NCBI GenBank assembly: GCA_052327205.1
Contig: CM126223.1
Span: 68,820,001 to 68,884,000 of the forward strand
Length of the DNA stretch: 64,000 nucleotides
Reading direction: 5' to 3'
DNA from: Somniosus microcephalus
Taxonomy: Eukaryota
This document shows positions 37,780 through 52,302 of this stretch, in pieces. The translations under genes and the position numbers were made by a program. Within the stretch, counting starts at the first letter, position 1, and the number at the start of each line of letters is the position of its first letter. A model generated the notes under the pieces. That model saw only the letters and a list, made by a program, of their open reading frames with translations, made no database searches and was not told the DNA's origin.

Positions 37780-38310
37780 CTCTTGTCTCATAAAGTATTT
37801 TGGTTGGCTTTTTTTATAATAAATACTTCAGTTTGCTTGCATTGAGTACCATTAGCAAAATAAGAATAATAACACATATATATATATATATAGATATATA
37901 TTAAATACTCCAGAAATAAAATATGGGTGACAGGCCTGTGGCAAGCATTGCTTTTGATTGCATGGTTCAACTTTCCTGATCTGAAAGAGCAATATCCCCA
38001 GTCGTGTTTACTGTACAGCTATAGTAGTTGTGTGGATAAACATGCCAATCACCGGCTGCTGCTGCTCTGCCCGCCGCACGCGCTCACTCGACTGCATGTT
38101 TCCTGGAGCTCGCGCACACCTTATTCACATCGCCGTCACGCGTCCCGCCGCGTCACCGGCGCCCCCGTCCAATCAGCCGCCCCGGCACCATGGCAACCGT
38201 TAATTTATGACAGCTTTTTTTTTAAAGCGTGTTGCCTTTTTCCTGCCTGCGAACGACTCGCAACATCTCGCCCAGAGAATAACGGAAGCCGCGGTCGCTT
38301 CTGAGGGTTA
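37780..38310 (-). promoter_or_regulatory. LHX1 proximal promoter region (CpG-rich core)
   Basis: CpG-dense at 38040-38305 with CCAAT at 38045 and 38169, GC boxes, and an X-box-like GTTGCCATGGTGCC (minus, 38184-38197). TATAAAA on minus at 37812-37818. TSS cannot be determined. Confidence 0.65.
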
Positions 38311-41300
38311 GGTACAGTTGCAATTATTATTATTGTTATTTTGCCTTTCTTCTAGCATTTCCTTTTTTGCGTTTTTTTTTGTTCCAGTTGGAATAGTAAT
38401 TTTGCACTTTTGTTCAGCGCATTTTGGCGAGGGGGAAAAAGCGATTGGCTAAAACAACAAAACAAAGAACAGGAACATGTTCAGGCCTTCACCCTCTTTG
38501 CACTTTTCGGAGTTTTTGTTGTTGTTGCTGTTGGCCAGGTTTTTTGAGAGTGTGTGATACAAGTAGCTAAAATTCACAGCTTGCTTCTTTCCACGAGTTT
38601 TTTTTTGCTCATGTTTCGGTCGTTCTGCAATAGTACAAATTGTTGCAGCGTGATTGCTCCGTTTGTTAGCCATAATAATTTGCTAAAGATACCAAGACGA
38701 TATCTTAATCAGACGTAAAATAACAAACATATCATTTGGGGGTGGGGGATGGGGAGGTGCTGTGTAGATGCCCATCATCAGGTGAAAATGGAAAAGGAGG
38801 AGTATATGACGTTTGATGCAAACTCAACGGTGGGGTGAGTCAATAAAATAACTTGCATATGCATGAGCGTTTTTTCCCCCTGCCTGCAAATGCGTTTTAA
38901 CCTTTGAAGTGGTATCCGCTGAAAACGTGAGAGACGATAGGAAAAGACCTAACAAGTCATTTTATCACCTCTGCACTTGTTGATGAATGCCCTACCCAAG
39001 GGGAAGTGCTTACTTGCGATGTTTAATGGACGTCTTTGCCGATTAATCTTTAAATTCGACACCCAATAGTGGCTAAACATATTTGCATACTTACTGTTAG
39101 AATGAAAGTTTTGATTTTTTTGATGTGTGTGTGTGTGTGTGTATTGCGCCTCGCGTCAGCGCGGACGAAAACAAGAAAGGCTCACCCTGCAGTCAGCATC
39201 TCCAGCAGTTGACAGATCTCAGCTGCCAAACCGTGGGCGCCGTGAAAGTTGAACATTTGCATTCAGTTCAGACATTTCCCATACTTTTCAAAACAAAAAT
39301 GTCTGCAGCACTATAGTCCGCTTGAGATCAATCTTTTATTGCGGCAACTAGAGTGGGTGTAGAGTGGGGGATATCCATGCATTTTATGTCTCGCCGGGTA
39401 TATATAGGCAGCGGAACTGCAAAGGACCAACAAGGAGGCTGTAGATCTCTACAGAGAGGATCCTAAGACTGTAACACTGCACCGAAACAGCACTTTCACC
39501 ACTTCCAGTTGCATTCGAGTAGGCGCTGACAGCCTGAACTGGAGCTAATCCAGGATGCAGCTTGCTTGGAAACACAATCTGTTTGTGTGCATTTATTTGG
39601 CTATTATATAAAACACTGTGAACTCGTCTGCTGCAGTGTCTTAACACTTCAATTAGCGAATCAACTCGATTGCTGGACAGCGTTTGAACTTTTAACATCG
39701 CCATGCTTTAACAAGCGCCGAACAAATCTTCGCGCGTATTCTTTATGTTTACTAGTTTCTGCCGGGTTTATGGTCTGTCAGTGGCGTCCAATGCGTTACC
39801 ATCCAATCTCACACAACTTTATAGATTCCGTATGTTGAACCTGTCTACATCCACTCTTATTTGGGCCGTTTGGACAAAATATCAGCCCCTGACATTGGGG
39901 GAACAATTGCTCTGTCGCTATGTGCACCGACACCGTCAATTAATTCAACAACATCATCTTTATGATTTCGCTACAAATAGCGAACAGAGCAATTTTTCGT
40001 ACAATTATGTTTTTTTGTTACTATTACCGTGAAATACATCTAACACTCCAAATCATCTTAATGTTAATTTTAAAAAAATCGGTAAACTAAATAGATAGCA
40101 GTAGTTGTAACGTTTCTGAGAAATGAATGGTCCACGGCAGATAAAGTGAAAGAAAACTAGGCCTGCTCCCTGCAGGCAGGCAGCCATCCAGGTGAAAATG
40201 TCCACAGTTATGAGAAGAAACTCATCCTGTTCGCAACAAAGGTGCAACGTTCCGTAAGCGCCAACTTTTTTTTTTACCGTAAGACCACTGTCTTTGTTAC
40301 ACAGTTGCTTCTTCATCCCACGTCCGCTGCCCCTCCGCATACAGCACAGAATTCCCTCAAACAGACCTCCTGTTTATGTCCTTCGCACAATCTTTGTGAA
40401 GACGTAAAGAAAACAATCAATAGGCCCTCTCTGCATATGGGGTTCTTCTCATGCAAAAGCGAAAAGCGTGGCTGGTGTGGACGTGGCCCTCCAGACTTCA
40501 CAGTGACAGCTGTAGTCTTCTATCTAGGGACCCTTTTCCATTGACTCTCTCCGAGATGACATGTGTTGGTCAGGAATGAATCGAGATAAGGGATGAGCAA
40601 CATCTCTGCGGCCATCATGTCTATCTCTACTCCAATATTTTATTCAGCTGCAAAGCATCTGGTTATGTTATTGTAACACAAGCGTCTCTCAGATAGCAAA
40701 GAGTTTGCAGTTGGGTGACAAAAGTAATTCACTCGGACACCTCAAACAGGCCATATAGCATCCTGTAGGCACACACTCGCGCGCTATGTTCAAGGACCTA
40801 ACCTAAAATTGCCTAGTTTGTGCATTTAATAGTGTTGGGCAACTAATCACAATTGAAGTTCAACATCCTGTAACCCTGGGTCCGCCTACATAAGTGAAAT
40901 TGACTTGAAATTAACAAGCAGGGCAGTTGCACCGAGGTGCCGCAGGTTTACCGATCAGGCAAAACATCTAATGGAAAGTAAAAGTGCCAGAACGAGAGAA
41001 ATTGCTCCTTTTGCATACAGTTCCATGCAGCAACGATAAATGTTAATCGGATACACGGGGTTTAATTCTTCAATTGAAAAGTCCGTTCAAATCACGTGAT
41101 TGGGTGTAACGCTGAAATTTGTGCAACACTTCGGCGCAAAGGTATTTACGAAAGCGTGGAAAAGGCTATTGCAAATATTATTTGGGGGAGGGGAATTAAT
41201 GTATCCACCCCGTTTTCCAGTTCTACATAAAGTACACTCAATCAGTGTCGACAGGAGCGGCGATCACAGGCAACATCCTTTCACCCTTCCTTCAAATTAC

Positions 41301-44300
41301 TGAAGTGAAATGTAATCAACTGAGCATGACAGTACTGCAAATAGTGTGCACTGTTTGACCCGGCATTGTAAACGAACTTTCCGATGTTAAGTATCCACTT
41401 TCAGTTCGCAAAGTAGATTGTGTAAAATGATTATTGGACACGTTGCAAAGGGTTGTTGGGTAGATTTGAATTCAAACAGCTTGCAACATAGAATATGTAT
41501 GTAGATAAAACAATCTGCCCTAATTTACGGCAAAAGATGTTCTTGTACTGGCACATTTCATTATTTATTTGAAATTAACCAGTTGAGATGAGAAATAGGA
41601 AACATCACAGCGATCCAATGCCCAGAGATGAAGCGTTTGCATGTTGACACAAATAATCATTCTTGACACTTAAACTTACAACCACGGCGCGTGAATTCTG
41701 TCTTAACCCTTTCCCTTCACAAAAATCCATAGGCCGAGAATCAAAGCTTGGGCGCGATTTTCACATGACCGTGGCTCGGAGGAGAAGATTATCAGCAGAA
41801 GGCTCAAAGGCTGGCGGTATTAACAGGTCTAGAATCTCCTTAGCTTCATCACCACAAGAACAGAGCAGCCAGAGTCACAGCCAGTGGCTGTCAACGCGGA
41901 ATGGAGGGAGATATCGATTGGAAGTGAGCACCCAGTCAATGTGTATGAATGTTAACGGCTCCAAACACAATTCACAAACTCAGCCTTTTCCTTTGCACAA
42001 CACAGCAGACAAGAGTTTTTCGTCATTGTCCACACAAAATATGTGCCATCGCTCTCCATCTCTCTAATACATTTTTGTTATATTCTACGTTTATGTCTAA
42101 CATATTACTAATACCCGTACACTGCATAGTGCATCCAATTATGCATACAATATAATATATCTATGCATATATATATACACACACACACACACGCAATATT
42201 TGTGGTCAGCACTTTTATGTGCTTGAATGTATCTTTGTGAACGCACAGTTAGTGTAGCTAGCTAATGACTACAACATACTGAAAACTGTTGTATACCAGA
42301 ACAATTATACGATTGCTAGTTATCAGATAAAGAGTATTGGGAAATTGTTCATATATTTTAACACGTTTATTAAAGTTATGTTATTTTCTAAGTAACACGG
42401 TTCCCTTGTAATGCTAGACATACATTGAATATCTCTTCATAGGCTTGAGTCGATTTTAAAAGTTGTGATACATCTCTCAGTAAGGAAGGTTGTAATTAAA
42501 TGGCGACTAGGAGGGCAATGTACCGTAAATCTTGATTTCCAAAGTTTCAATCTGTTAATTATCCCTCATCAATAATCTGTATAGAACACATGCAATGAAG
42601 GATTAAGGTGAGTTAGAATCCTAATTTGATGTCCTATGACTATATTTGCACCTAATTACCATAAAAGGGACAGTACAATGGAAGATTGCCAGCTACTCTG
42701 ATTGTTAAAAAAATTAACAATGATCAACATTCAATAAAAATAAAACAATCTCTGTCCTTCTATTATCAGCAGTTACCACTTTAGGGCTTTGAACGAGGTG
42801 AATCGGCAATTGCACTCCATTTCAAAAGTTAATCTTACTATCTGCTTTCCAGAGACATTTTCCCCCATTAACTTGCCAATTCCACATGCATTTAAAATCA
42901 ACAACAAGTCTTTTTGCTTTACTTGGTTTTGTTTGGACTTGGGGCATCAATAAATAGATTATTGGAATGAACGTAAAGTTGCTTCAATAAATGATTAGAG
43001 AGCATAATTACAGAAACAGAGACTGGGATTTCAACATCGGCCAGCCCAAGGGCCGGAGACTATAACACTGCAACTTTAAATACGCCAAGAGGGTTGAAAT
43101 GAAGTCGAAGGGATGTTTGTCAAGTTCAGGTTTACAGGCAGATCGTTATTGTCATGTTTTTAACCATCGACTCCTTTCCCCCCTCCCCCCACAGCACACG
43201 TGACTTTATCCGTCGTGATCAGACTGGTTGCTTCGCTTGTCAAGATTCGTAGACACCCCACACTCCCCTTGACCTCTCTGTAGGAAGATGTAGGTGACAC
43301 TTGTGATAAACTGAGAAATATATAGCGCTAGCTACGGGGCTGTGATCGGCCAAGTGCAACCGGATTGCAAACAACTGTGAAAGATCTCCCCGTGACTTGA
43401 GTAGTATAGCAACAGCTTCGCATCAACTGGACCACGAGGTTGTTTTGATCCATTTTGCGCTGCTGTGAACTTCGGCAGGCCAGGCAGAAAAGACCTAAAA
43501 GATGCAGATTGCTCTCAGGACCTTTTCTCTCTCTAGACTGTCAATCCAAACCTTCAGGGCATATAATAACATTCACCTCCAATAATACATTAACATCCAT
43601 CCTGTACAAGGCAAGCACGTTTCTCCTGACACGAGTACAACTTAGGAAAGTTTACATTTACTGTATCAGTGAATTAAGTAGTTTAACTGCACGATTTAAG
43701 GAATACGTTTGAAATATATGGCAACACTTTATTGCTGGAATTTGCTTGCGATTATACTTAGAGCAATACATTTGAGTAAATGACTACAAGAGTTGCTCCA
43801 GCAGTCAAAACCATGGTTAGAATTAGCGCGATTGATGCAAAACACACAGAGCATGAGCCAGATACTTCTAAATGGCGTGCAATAGTACACAAGCATACTT
43901 TTACTCCGAGCCTTTGGCTAACATGTTCTAGTGACTCTATTTTGCTTTTTCTACACTGCTTTCTTTCTGTACCTTGATTCCAGTGAGCAGGAATAGGTCT
44001 AGTAAATCAGGAAGACAATGTACTGAGGTACACAAACGTGCACCATTAACACATTTACATAAACGGAGCACCGAAACACTGGTCACATAGGAGAAGCTCA
44101 GTTAGCCTATTGGGTAAGAGCCTGGAAGTATGATTTATACACAGGCGGGATCTGTAAGCAGTTATGGATGTGGATCCTAGGAACACCATCACCTGGCTTA
44201 ACAGACATGTGTGTAATTGCAATAGCTACCTGAAAAATATAATTGTGAGAATGAAAATACTGCATAACTATATATAGGATCAGGTCTGAATGGCTTCAGA

Positions 44301-45180
44301 CTAAGTTCCAAATAGGAAGTAAGCCGGTTTTGAAGCAAAATTCAGCCACATACATATGAGTATTTGTATTACTGCTTTTCAGACACTTATGGACCTGCCA
44401 ACATTTTTGAAACGCATTTTTATTTTCTTAATAGCAGCAGTAACCCATTAGTTGGCACTCCCAATTATACGTCAATAATACATATTACTAGAACTTTTAA
44501 TGTGGGATCCTGCACACTAATCCTGATAATAACACGTCCCTCTGTCACTTTAGCAATTCTAACGGTATATAGAACAAAACAGTGCATTATTAATGATCTT
44601 GCACGTGAAATTGCAATTATAGTTTGCAAGAGTCGATCAAATTATAGATTTAAATAGAATTATAGTCCTTGCAGGTATATATATAGAAAATAAACGAGTT
44701 AAATCAATCCGCTCTTCTCAAAGAGAAGCCCGAGATAGCAATGTAAGATCCCAAAACTGCAGCTGGGCGTCACAGCCTAGTTCGAAAGATTTTGCTCTTG
44801 TTTACTCCAGTATATCAACACTGAAACGATACAGGTACTCTCAGGACTTAGAGTGTGATGTCAGAAACAGAGGCAGAAAACACGTACCAGGGATGAAAAT
44901 AAGTCAAACTTTTGGTTGACATGAAAGATATTTTTCTCGGCTGGTTTGGGGGTGTGGGTCAGTAATAAAGTTTAACGAGGCCAAGTCAAATGGTGAATAA
45001 TGGGAGGATAAAATTATAAGCACATCGTGCAACAATGTTCTAAATACCCAATGGTTTTCAAACTTGGAAGGAATCTTGAGTTAATTATCTCTGAGGATAT
45101 TTTACGTTTATATATACAGTCAGATTTTGTTAGCAGAACTATTGTGTCAGTGTTGCGTTTGTAATCTATAGCATTAGAAA

Positions 45181-45646
45181 AGAAAGACTTGCATTTTTAT
45201 AGCGCCGTTCACGACCACCAGACGTACCAAAGCGCTTTACAGCCAGTGGGGTACTTTTTGAAGTGTAGTCACTATTATAATGTAGGAAACCCAGCAGTCA
45301 ATTTGCACACAGCAAGCTCCCACAAACAGCAATGTGATAATGGCCAGATAATCTGTTTTAGTGATGTTGATTGAGGGATAAATATTGGCCCCAGGACACG
45401 GGGAGAACTCCCCTGCTCTTCTTAGAAATAGTGCCATTGGATCTTTTACTTTCACCTGAGAGAGCAGACGGGACTCGATGTAAAGTCTCATCCCAAAGAC
45501 GGCACCTCGGACAGTGCAGCACTCCCTCAGCACTGCACTGGAGTATCAGCCTAGCTTTTTATGTGCTCAAGTCCCTGGAGTGGGACTTGACCCCAGAACC
45601 TTCTGACTCAGAGGCAGGGTGCTGCCCACTGAGCCACAGCTGACAC
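45181..45646 (-). mobile_element. Near full-length Deu-domain SINE
   Basis: The reverse complement has the head gtgtcagctgtggctcagtgggcagcacc, the Deu core, and the tail ggcgctataaaaatgcaagtctttt. Confidence 0.85.
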
Positions 45647-46526
45647 AAAAAAATATCAACAAGAAACTGCTGTTCCTTATATCTTTTTAATTACTGCACA
45701 TAGCCTAAATAGAACACGAACCATTGTAGAAACAGCATTATTCGACCTTCGTGCCACATGCTAATTGCACTGTTTCGCGTGCATTTGGAGTTGGGGCGAC
45801 AGAGAACATAAACTTTCCCCGTGCTTCAGGATTCAGCGGAGCTCTGCAACTCGCTCTTCTCAGGACAGGAACTGTGGAACTCACAACATCTGCCAGTTGG
45901 GTCGAGATATTGACCAAAAACAGCACAACATTTTCCCCGACTAAAAAGCTCCCTGACAGCCTGGGTTAGAAATTCGATGAAGTCTATAGATCTTCCTGTA
46001 GTCATGTCATTGGGACAGCTGCTATTTTCGCTCCAAAACCAATAATCTACAGACACAACAAATGTCATTTCTTTTTTTTTGTTTCCCTCATTGACCCCAC
46101 ACCCAGCGTCAAAACTTCAGTTGAAAAAAACTTTTAAATCAGTCATTGCATCGATCAACTTCATTTTACCCCTAGGAACCTTATGCTACTTCTGCAACGT
46201 TTAGCAAATGCTCCAATTAATCATCTCCGCCAACAGATATAATTGAAATGCTTAAAATACATGTTTTAGGAAAGCATACGGGACAAGTGGCAAATTGTCC
46301 ACCCAATATTGAGTTTCCCAGAGTGATTCTGTTGCAGCAGACGATACTATCAGTGTAATGTCGAAGAAAAAAAGAACACATGCTACAAACTGATGCGAGC
46401 GGCTGATAAATTGCAATCAGCCTCAGCGCTACACTGCAGGCTTGGGAATAACGGCGGCCTCAGAAATACAAATGGCTTTAGTGCTTATCAATGGCTTTAC
46501 ACGGCGGGAGTGAGCGAAGAGAATGC

Positions 46527-46655
46527 GAGAGAGAGAGAGAGAGAGCGAGCGAGCGAGGAAGAGAGTATATTGGAGAGGAGGACGGAGTCCCTCAAGAGTC
46601 TGATCCCAATCCCAGCTCATCCATCTTCATTGTGTGTGTGTGTGTGTGTGTGTGT
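46527..46655. repeat. (AG)n and (TG)n microsatellites
   Basis: gagagaga... at 46527-46545 and tgtgtg... at 46632-46655. Confidence 0.9.
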
Positions 46656-49600
46656 GCAAACGCAGCCCCAACATGGGAAAAAAGGCACTATCGAAGCCAC
46701 GGCTTTTATTTTATTTCCTCTAGATCAGGAGGGAGATAGTGCTCTTTTTTCTCTCTCTCGCTGGGAACGGGTGCTGGGGGAGAGATATTTTATTTATATT
46801 TTACGGTTTTATGTTAGCGACGTGTCAGGGAGACAAAATAAATTGCTAATGCATAAGCAAAACCCGACTGCTTTGGCTTGCTGCGTGTCAGAACTGTGTG
46901 GAAGGAGTGGTGATATGGGATTTAGAACGGATGGGAGGCTCTGAGGGATTTAAGTTGGAAATTACTCTCTCCTGTACAAAATCAGTGACTGATGATGGGC
47001 ATTCTGACTGAATTTGAAAGTGCTGGTCCTAGGGCAAAAGACTGGTTCTGGTGTACTAAAAAAAAGCACTGGGTAAGAAGAAGCAGTTTGACAGAATAGG
47101 TGCTGAAAACAAAGCAGAGATATTTTCCAATATCTCCTAGCTTTCGCCTTGCCTGTGGTTTGATTATGTTATTAAGAATTATTATTTTCCAAAAGCCATT
47201 ATATTCACGCGAATTACAATTCAAGACCACGGCCTTTTACAAAATATGAAACTATATCCATAAGTTCAAGACGTGACATGACACCGCAGTACAAAACAAT
47301 GTTGGTTTAAGCACTTACATTAAAAGAGGTAGGCTGCCGAGCAACTCTCGGCACAGAGCCAAGTCAACTATGGCAAAGCACAACTGCACATCAGATAGTT
47401 GTGATAAATTAACACATATTAGCAAAAATAACCAGTTTGCAGAAGATTGACCCCAACAATGCATTAATTCCAGCAGACCAATGAATTAAAAATGGCGACT
47501 GCATTGACTGGGGGAGCTTAAATCCACGTGTGCAAAATTGATAACCACTAGCCAAAACAAGTTATGTTGTTTAATTTGATTAGTGAAAACTGTAAACAGC
47601 TTATTTACGCGGGATCCTTCTTTCAACTTCAGCACGTACAAAGCTGGAGCCGGGGAGCTTCCTTTGCAAGGAAGCTTCAGGCACTGGTGATATTTTATGC
47701 TTATGATGTCATTTGTGTCCCAAATATTACAGGAATACAAATGGCTCTGAAACTGTTAAGGCTTCTATCTCATATTTCATATGTGTAAAATAAGGAGCTG
47801 TAGGGGTAATTTGAATTTACTGCACACCTCAATGACTGCATACAAATAGGCATGACATTTGCAGTGGTTGTCCTAAAAGACTGTATTAGACCTTTAGAAA
47901 TCTAATCAGCAACCCCCTAAAATAGCGCATCTATCTAGCAATGTTTTTTGTACTGTTGTAAAATGAATTCTGCCATTACAACCTATTTTCCAGGGTTCGC
48001 ACAGTCTAGGAAACACGATGGGTAAAGTAGTATTTAAGTATCATAGTCTCAAAACAGTGTCTAACTTCACATATTGCTAAAGACAACGCCGATTTAAACA
48101 AAATTAACACGTCGTGAATGAGACATTATTAATCCGAAGCTAATTTTAAGAGGGACTTGATTTGTATAGGCTTTCTTCGGCAACATAAGTATTGAAGTAG
48201 GAGTGGATTTTAGGAGGTTTAAAGGCACCGTTTCTGTCTATGTTGGTTTGAACTATACATCGCTCGAGATTTTGTCGCTTTAATTGCAAAAAAGTTATTT
48301 ACAGCGATCACATTGGTGCAGTTAAAAGGGGTTACTCAGTCTCATCGCCGAGTAATAAACTATGTTGTTTGTTATGACTCATTCTGCAGACACCTCTTCA
48401 GTAAAGGTTGTAAATAAAGGCTGTTCAGTGGACTCTGGGTGGGTAATAGTTCTCACCTTGACTGCAAAGCCTGGCCCAAATGTTGGATGACGAGGTCACA
48501 GAGGAACTGGATGTGTGGCCACTTGGCCAGACTTGGAGGAGTGTCAAGTTGAGGAAAAGAGTGTTGAGGTGGAACAGTGACATTCCAAACTTGGGGGCCA
48601 GGCGTCAGGTTAACCTTTATCTGGCCTTTGCCTCGAGTCTGGCCTTGGATAACAATCTGCTAAAGGTACAACATCTTTGATGTATTGAGCGATTTATGAG
48701 AAGCAGTGTTGACACAGAGACATTCAGATCTTTTTAAAAAGAAAAAAGACGTTCCTAATTTATTCACCTTGCAGTCTCCTATTTAAAAAACGAATAACTC
48801 ACAAAACGACAGAAACAAAACAAAGTGTCTTATGAAAAAGAACACAGAAGGCAGGATATTAATAGAAGGCGAATAGATTTTAGGAAGGTATGAAGGACCA
48901 CGAGAGAAGAGGAGAAACGAGAATGAAAAATATAAACTGAATTAAGATGCAATCAATGTATAAATATATACACAACTATAAACAGAGCAAAATAAGAACG
49001 GTCAAACTGAAGTCCTATAAATGCTGAAAAGATCAAAAATGCAATTATCAATTCATATATTGAATAATAATAATTATAAACTGATTTCGCAGCATGCTAC
49101 AGTAAGTCTTTATATTTTGGTCTAATATATTTGTATAGTATTTAATTATTGGTAATAAAGTATGGATTTTGTAAATTCATTAAAAAAAAATTATAACGGA
49201 GGCATCTTTAGATTGGATATCATTACAATGAGTTAATTCTTTTAGCATGTTATTATTCAGCCATCAGTTCCTGGGGCGTGCTCTGCATCACCAGTGACAA
49301 CCCCTGCAGGCTCATTCACGTTGCTACAACACCTAGCCCCACAGGGGTAATGGCACCTCGGCCACAGGCGCGAATTCTAACACGGAGCTCGGTATCTGCT
49401 CAGAGATATATTGTCAGCTCTACATTTGCTTTTTGCACGAACTGGGTTACGATGCTTCTGGAAATTAGGCCTTAACGGCATTGTCGAATTTCATTGTAAT
49501 TAAGGTTTGCTATTAAGTACAATCGAGAGTTAATTGTTATTTCTGAAGGAAAGTGATGGCTGGGAACAAAAAGTGCAAGTGAATAACCCAATCCTACTCA

Positions 49601-50784
49601 CTGGTTGTGTGCCTATATGTGCTCAGTTATCTATCCTCTCTTGCCTTCATGCAGCACACACAGTTTCCTGTGACAGTGCTTTGAGCTTGTGGAGTTAAAA
49701 CCAAAGGTTTGAGTTTATCACTCCATACACACCGAGTGCCAGTCACTGAGTGTTCTCACGACTGCTCGCCCAAGCAGCACAGAAACAAGGCCTAATCCCA
49801 ATGCCTGCCTTAGGGTCAGTCAGTGCCTTCAAGGGTATATACGACACAAACGCCAGGATTCACTCGCTGCTTCGGTAATGTACCGCGGGGCAGCCCCACG
49901 GAGCCAGTAACCGTGGAGTTAAATCGCATCTCAGGACGATCTTTACAAACCTAAAATCACCCAATAGCTGCAAGGGTAAACAGCACCATAGGGCGACTCT
50001 CGCAAACCACACAGTTCCCCAATAGCCAGAGGGGCACTCGGTATCCCGGAGACCCAAGAGTCCATCATAAATTCAAATATCATGTGGGGAACATCCACTT
50101 TAACCCTCCGAAGTCTTCAATATGAACCTTGCATCGCTACCTTTACAATAACATATTTCTTATGTCTGACATATAGCACCATGGTGCCGTTCTTCTTCCT
50201 AATAAAATATTTTAATCTCGTTCCTTTTCTCATTTATAATTGTTTATTTTCTACTTTCGTTACTCACCTTTATACAATACCTCGGTCTCCTCGTTCAATT
50301 TTTACCCCAATCACACCCCTCCCTAAAAAAACCCCACCTAACTCTCGGCAAAGAAAATGCTCTCTGACACAGAGGATAGTTCTGTGTAGGCTTACAAATT
50401 AAATTTATCACAAAATTCAGAATCAGATTACAAATGTACCCACTTACGTAACTCCCAACAACTTCCCTCTCCTTTCGCAAACAGCACAATGCACCCCCAA
50501 AAAGCTGCTGAACATTCGGGGCTATGGGTACATCCTCCTCCCATACTTTGCAATCCTCACCTGGGCAGCCGACTCCCTACTTTCTCTGGAACAATGCAAG
50601 AGGCCTCAATGTAAACAAAGTGCACATTGCAGAAGTCAGCCTACCATCTTTAAGGCTGGAATTCCCAAGAGTCACCACGTGATGCTCTTTCCTGGTCTCC
50701 AGGATCATTGTTCAGCATCCCACTCTTCCAGCATCATTGTTGAATGGCCCATTGACTGGGAGTCTTATTGATTGGCCTGTTTCC

Positions 50785-51850
50785 TGGGGAGAAGAGGGGG
50801 AAAGTAAAAATAATTAAGAGGAAGGGGAGAAAAGTAAAGAAGCACAGAGAGGAAAAGAGGAGTGAGAGAGAGAGAGAAAGACGTACACAGAAACAATAGT
50901 AAAGGAAGATTGACAGACAGAGAGAGAAACAACAATGAAGAGAGTGAGGATTTTTTTTGCAGACTTATCAGAACAAATATCCTTTGCTCCAGGAATGTGA
51001 GGAACCATGAGAACTCTTTAGTGGAGCTCAGTCCCGTGAAGAATGGAAAAGGTGGGACCCAGTTCTAAAATGTTTAAGAACCACTGCTTTAAGACAACCC
51101 TAATGTGCACATGTACAGGAGTCTGTCTGAACTTTATTTCAGATGGAAATTGGAAGAAGGCAGAGAAATGAGAGCAGCTGACTGAAAATCCATGCTTTTG
51201 GCAAGTGAGGAAGAAATAACAGGTGGCTGCAGGGGACACGGAGAGATTTTTCTCTTCCGTTTTTAATTTAATTGCACTTAAGTGCCTGGGACAGTCCAGA
51301 GAGTCTGAGAGGGAGGGAGAAATTGAAGGGATAAGGAGAGATAGAGACTGGATGCAAAAGATGGCAGGAATTAGAGAACAACAAAGAAAGCAGAGAGTAA
51401 GAGAGACAGAACTCAAAGAGAGTGGAATAAAAAGTACCATCTAGAGCAAAGGGGGAGAACATCACAAAAAAACATAGAAAGGGGGAAGCATAGAGGGGAG
51501 AGAGAAAAAAGTATAGAAACTACAGAGAAAAAGAGTCAAATTGACACAGAGAAGGATCAGAGAAAATATGACATTAACCTCAGGTAGCGACAGAACAAGG
51601 GAGTAACCCAATTTTGCAGAAACTGCAGAGCAAGGAAGATACAGACAGATGAGGGAGAGAGAAAATATTACAGAAATTGCAAATAGGCAACAAAACAGAT
51701 ACCCAGAGAAAGAGGGAGAAAATATTACAGAAACTGTGGAGTTAGAGCAAATAGAAAATATAGAAACCACAAATAGAATACAGAAATCAGAGAGAGAATG
51801 TGCATTTATGTTGTGTACTGTTTGGATTAATAAAAAGGGGAAATAAGATT
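50785..51850 (+). repeat. Purine-rich low-complexity tract with degenerate tandem units
   Basis: Strong A/G bias. gagaaaatattacagaaa occurs twice, at about 51659 and 51716. Confidence 0.7.
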
Positions 51851-52302
51851 CTGTTGAGGACGGGTAGAAGAGAGTTGGAGATATATTGTTCTCAGTATGG
51901 GGACATCAAACCTGCTGAGGAAGGAGAACATCTGTTGAGAGGTGGAAAGAGTGAGGGAGAGAAACCTTTTTACATAGAAAGACATCTCTGGCTCTTCTAA
52001 GAGCAGGAGGGAAGGTTACTATTGAGCTTAGTGTTATAAAACAGCACATCATCTGACTCACCACAAACAATGTTATGGGAGGTCCACAAAAAACACTTGG
52101 ATCAATATACCACTTTATCATCCCTTTCCAAAGCATCTTATAGCACTTCACATCCAATGAACTGCTTTGAAGTGACTCTTGTTAATAAGCTAATAAGTAT
52201 ATATATTATAATGTTGGAATATTATTGTGAATCAAGAGATGTTATACAATTATATGCATCTCTCCATATTGTATTCAAGACTTTAAAGAAATGAATTTTT
52301 GC

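Noticed and set aside
51018-51846. ORFs in the purine-rich tract
   Set aside because: Compositional artefacts of AG-rich low-complexity sequence.
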